DNA of 47,137 nucleotides. Origin: Opitutales bacterium. Its GTDB lineage: Bacteria > Verrucomicrobiota > Verrucomicrobiia > Opitutales > Intestinicryptomonadaceae. Both the position numbers and the translations under genes were made by a program. The DNA is taken from contig JAVBSE010000053.1 in assembly GCA_031547315.1 (NCBI GenBank), positions 1 through 47,137 on the forward strand. Reading direction: 5' to 3'. The notes beneath the pieces were generated by a model, which made no database searches, was not told where the DNA came from, and saw only the letters and a program-made list of their open reading frames with translations. Below, one piece after another: positions 47,093-47,137 of the stretch (positions within the stretch are counted from its first letter, which is position 1; each line of letters opens with the position of its first letter).

Positions 47093-47137
47093 ATGGCAGA
47101 AATAAAATCTCTTTATTCGCCTAAAGATATTTGTCTT
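47093..47137 (+). CDS. Start of unidentified CDS (truncated by window edge)
   Basis: ATG 16 nt after the ACP stop, open to the edge (MAEIKSLYSPKDICL). Confidence 0.4.
   Translation, partial: MAEIKSLYSPKDICL

Overview
This is an AT-rich bacterial chromosomal window. Two VPEPATYAAIFG-type PEP-CTERM proteins and the ThuA/Gfo-Idh-MocA genes suggest Verrucomicrobiota, order Opitutales (inference). Housekeeping genes are rnr (truncated by the left edge), hemY-hemH-ccsA/hemX-like, gap-pgk-tpiA, csoR with a P1B-ATPase, a lipoate ligase-like gene, kdsB-kdsD-methyltransferase-sulP, ppk2, GTP-dependent PEPCK, an NSS transporter with a small partner ORF, an XRE regulator and an ACP at the right edge. 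Accessory genes are two PEP-CTERM surface proteins, two exported ThuA + Tat-exported Gfo/Idh/MocA pairs (one ThuA fused to HEAT-like repeats and two F5/8-type-C domains), a DUF4328-like pair, a four-domain thioredoxin-like protein without CXXC, and two degenerate C39-peptidase-like paralogs. Three accessory genes carry 1-nt frameshifts in homopolymer runs. The most striking unexplained signal is non-coding. The intergenic regions hold at least two families of long, compensatorily varying palindromic or multi-hairpin elements. The main family occurs as A+B doublets at about 19.1-19.3, 34.3-34.7 and 38.8-39.1 kb, plus a diverged copy at 36.6 kb. These copies abut stop codons, and their G.T wobbles and tandem G.A pairs work only on the strand antisense to the neighbouring genes. 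No transposase, CRISPR array, tRNA or rRNA was recognised. All calls come from manual reading; no searches were run.
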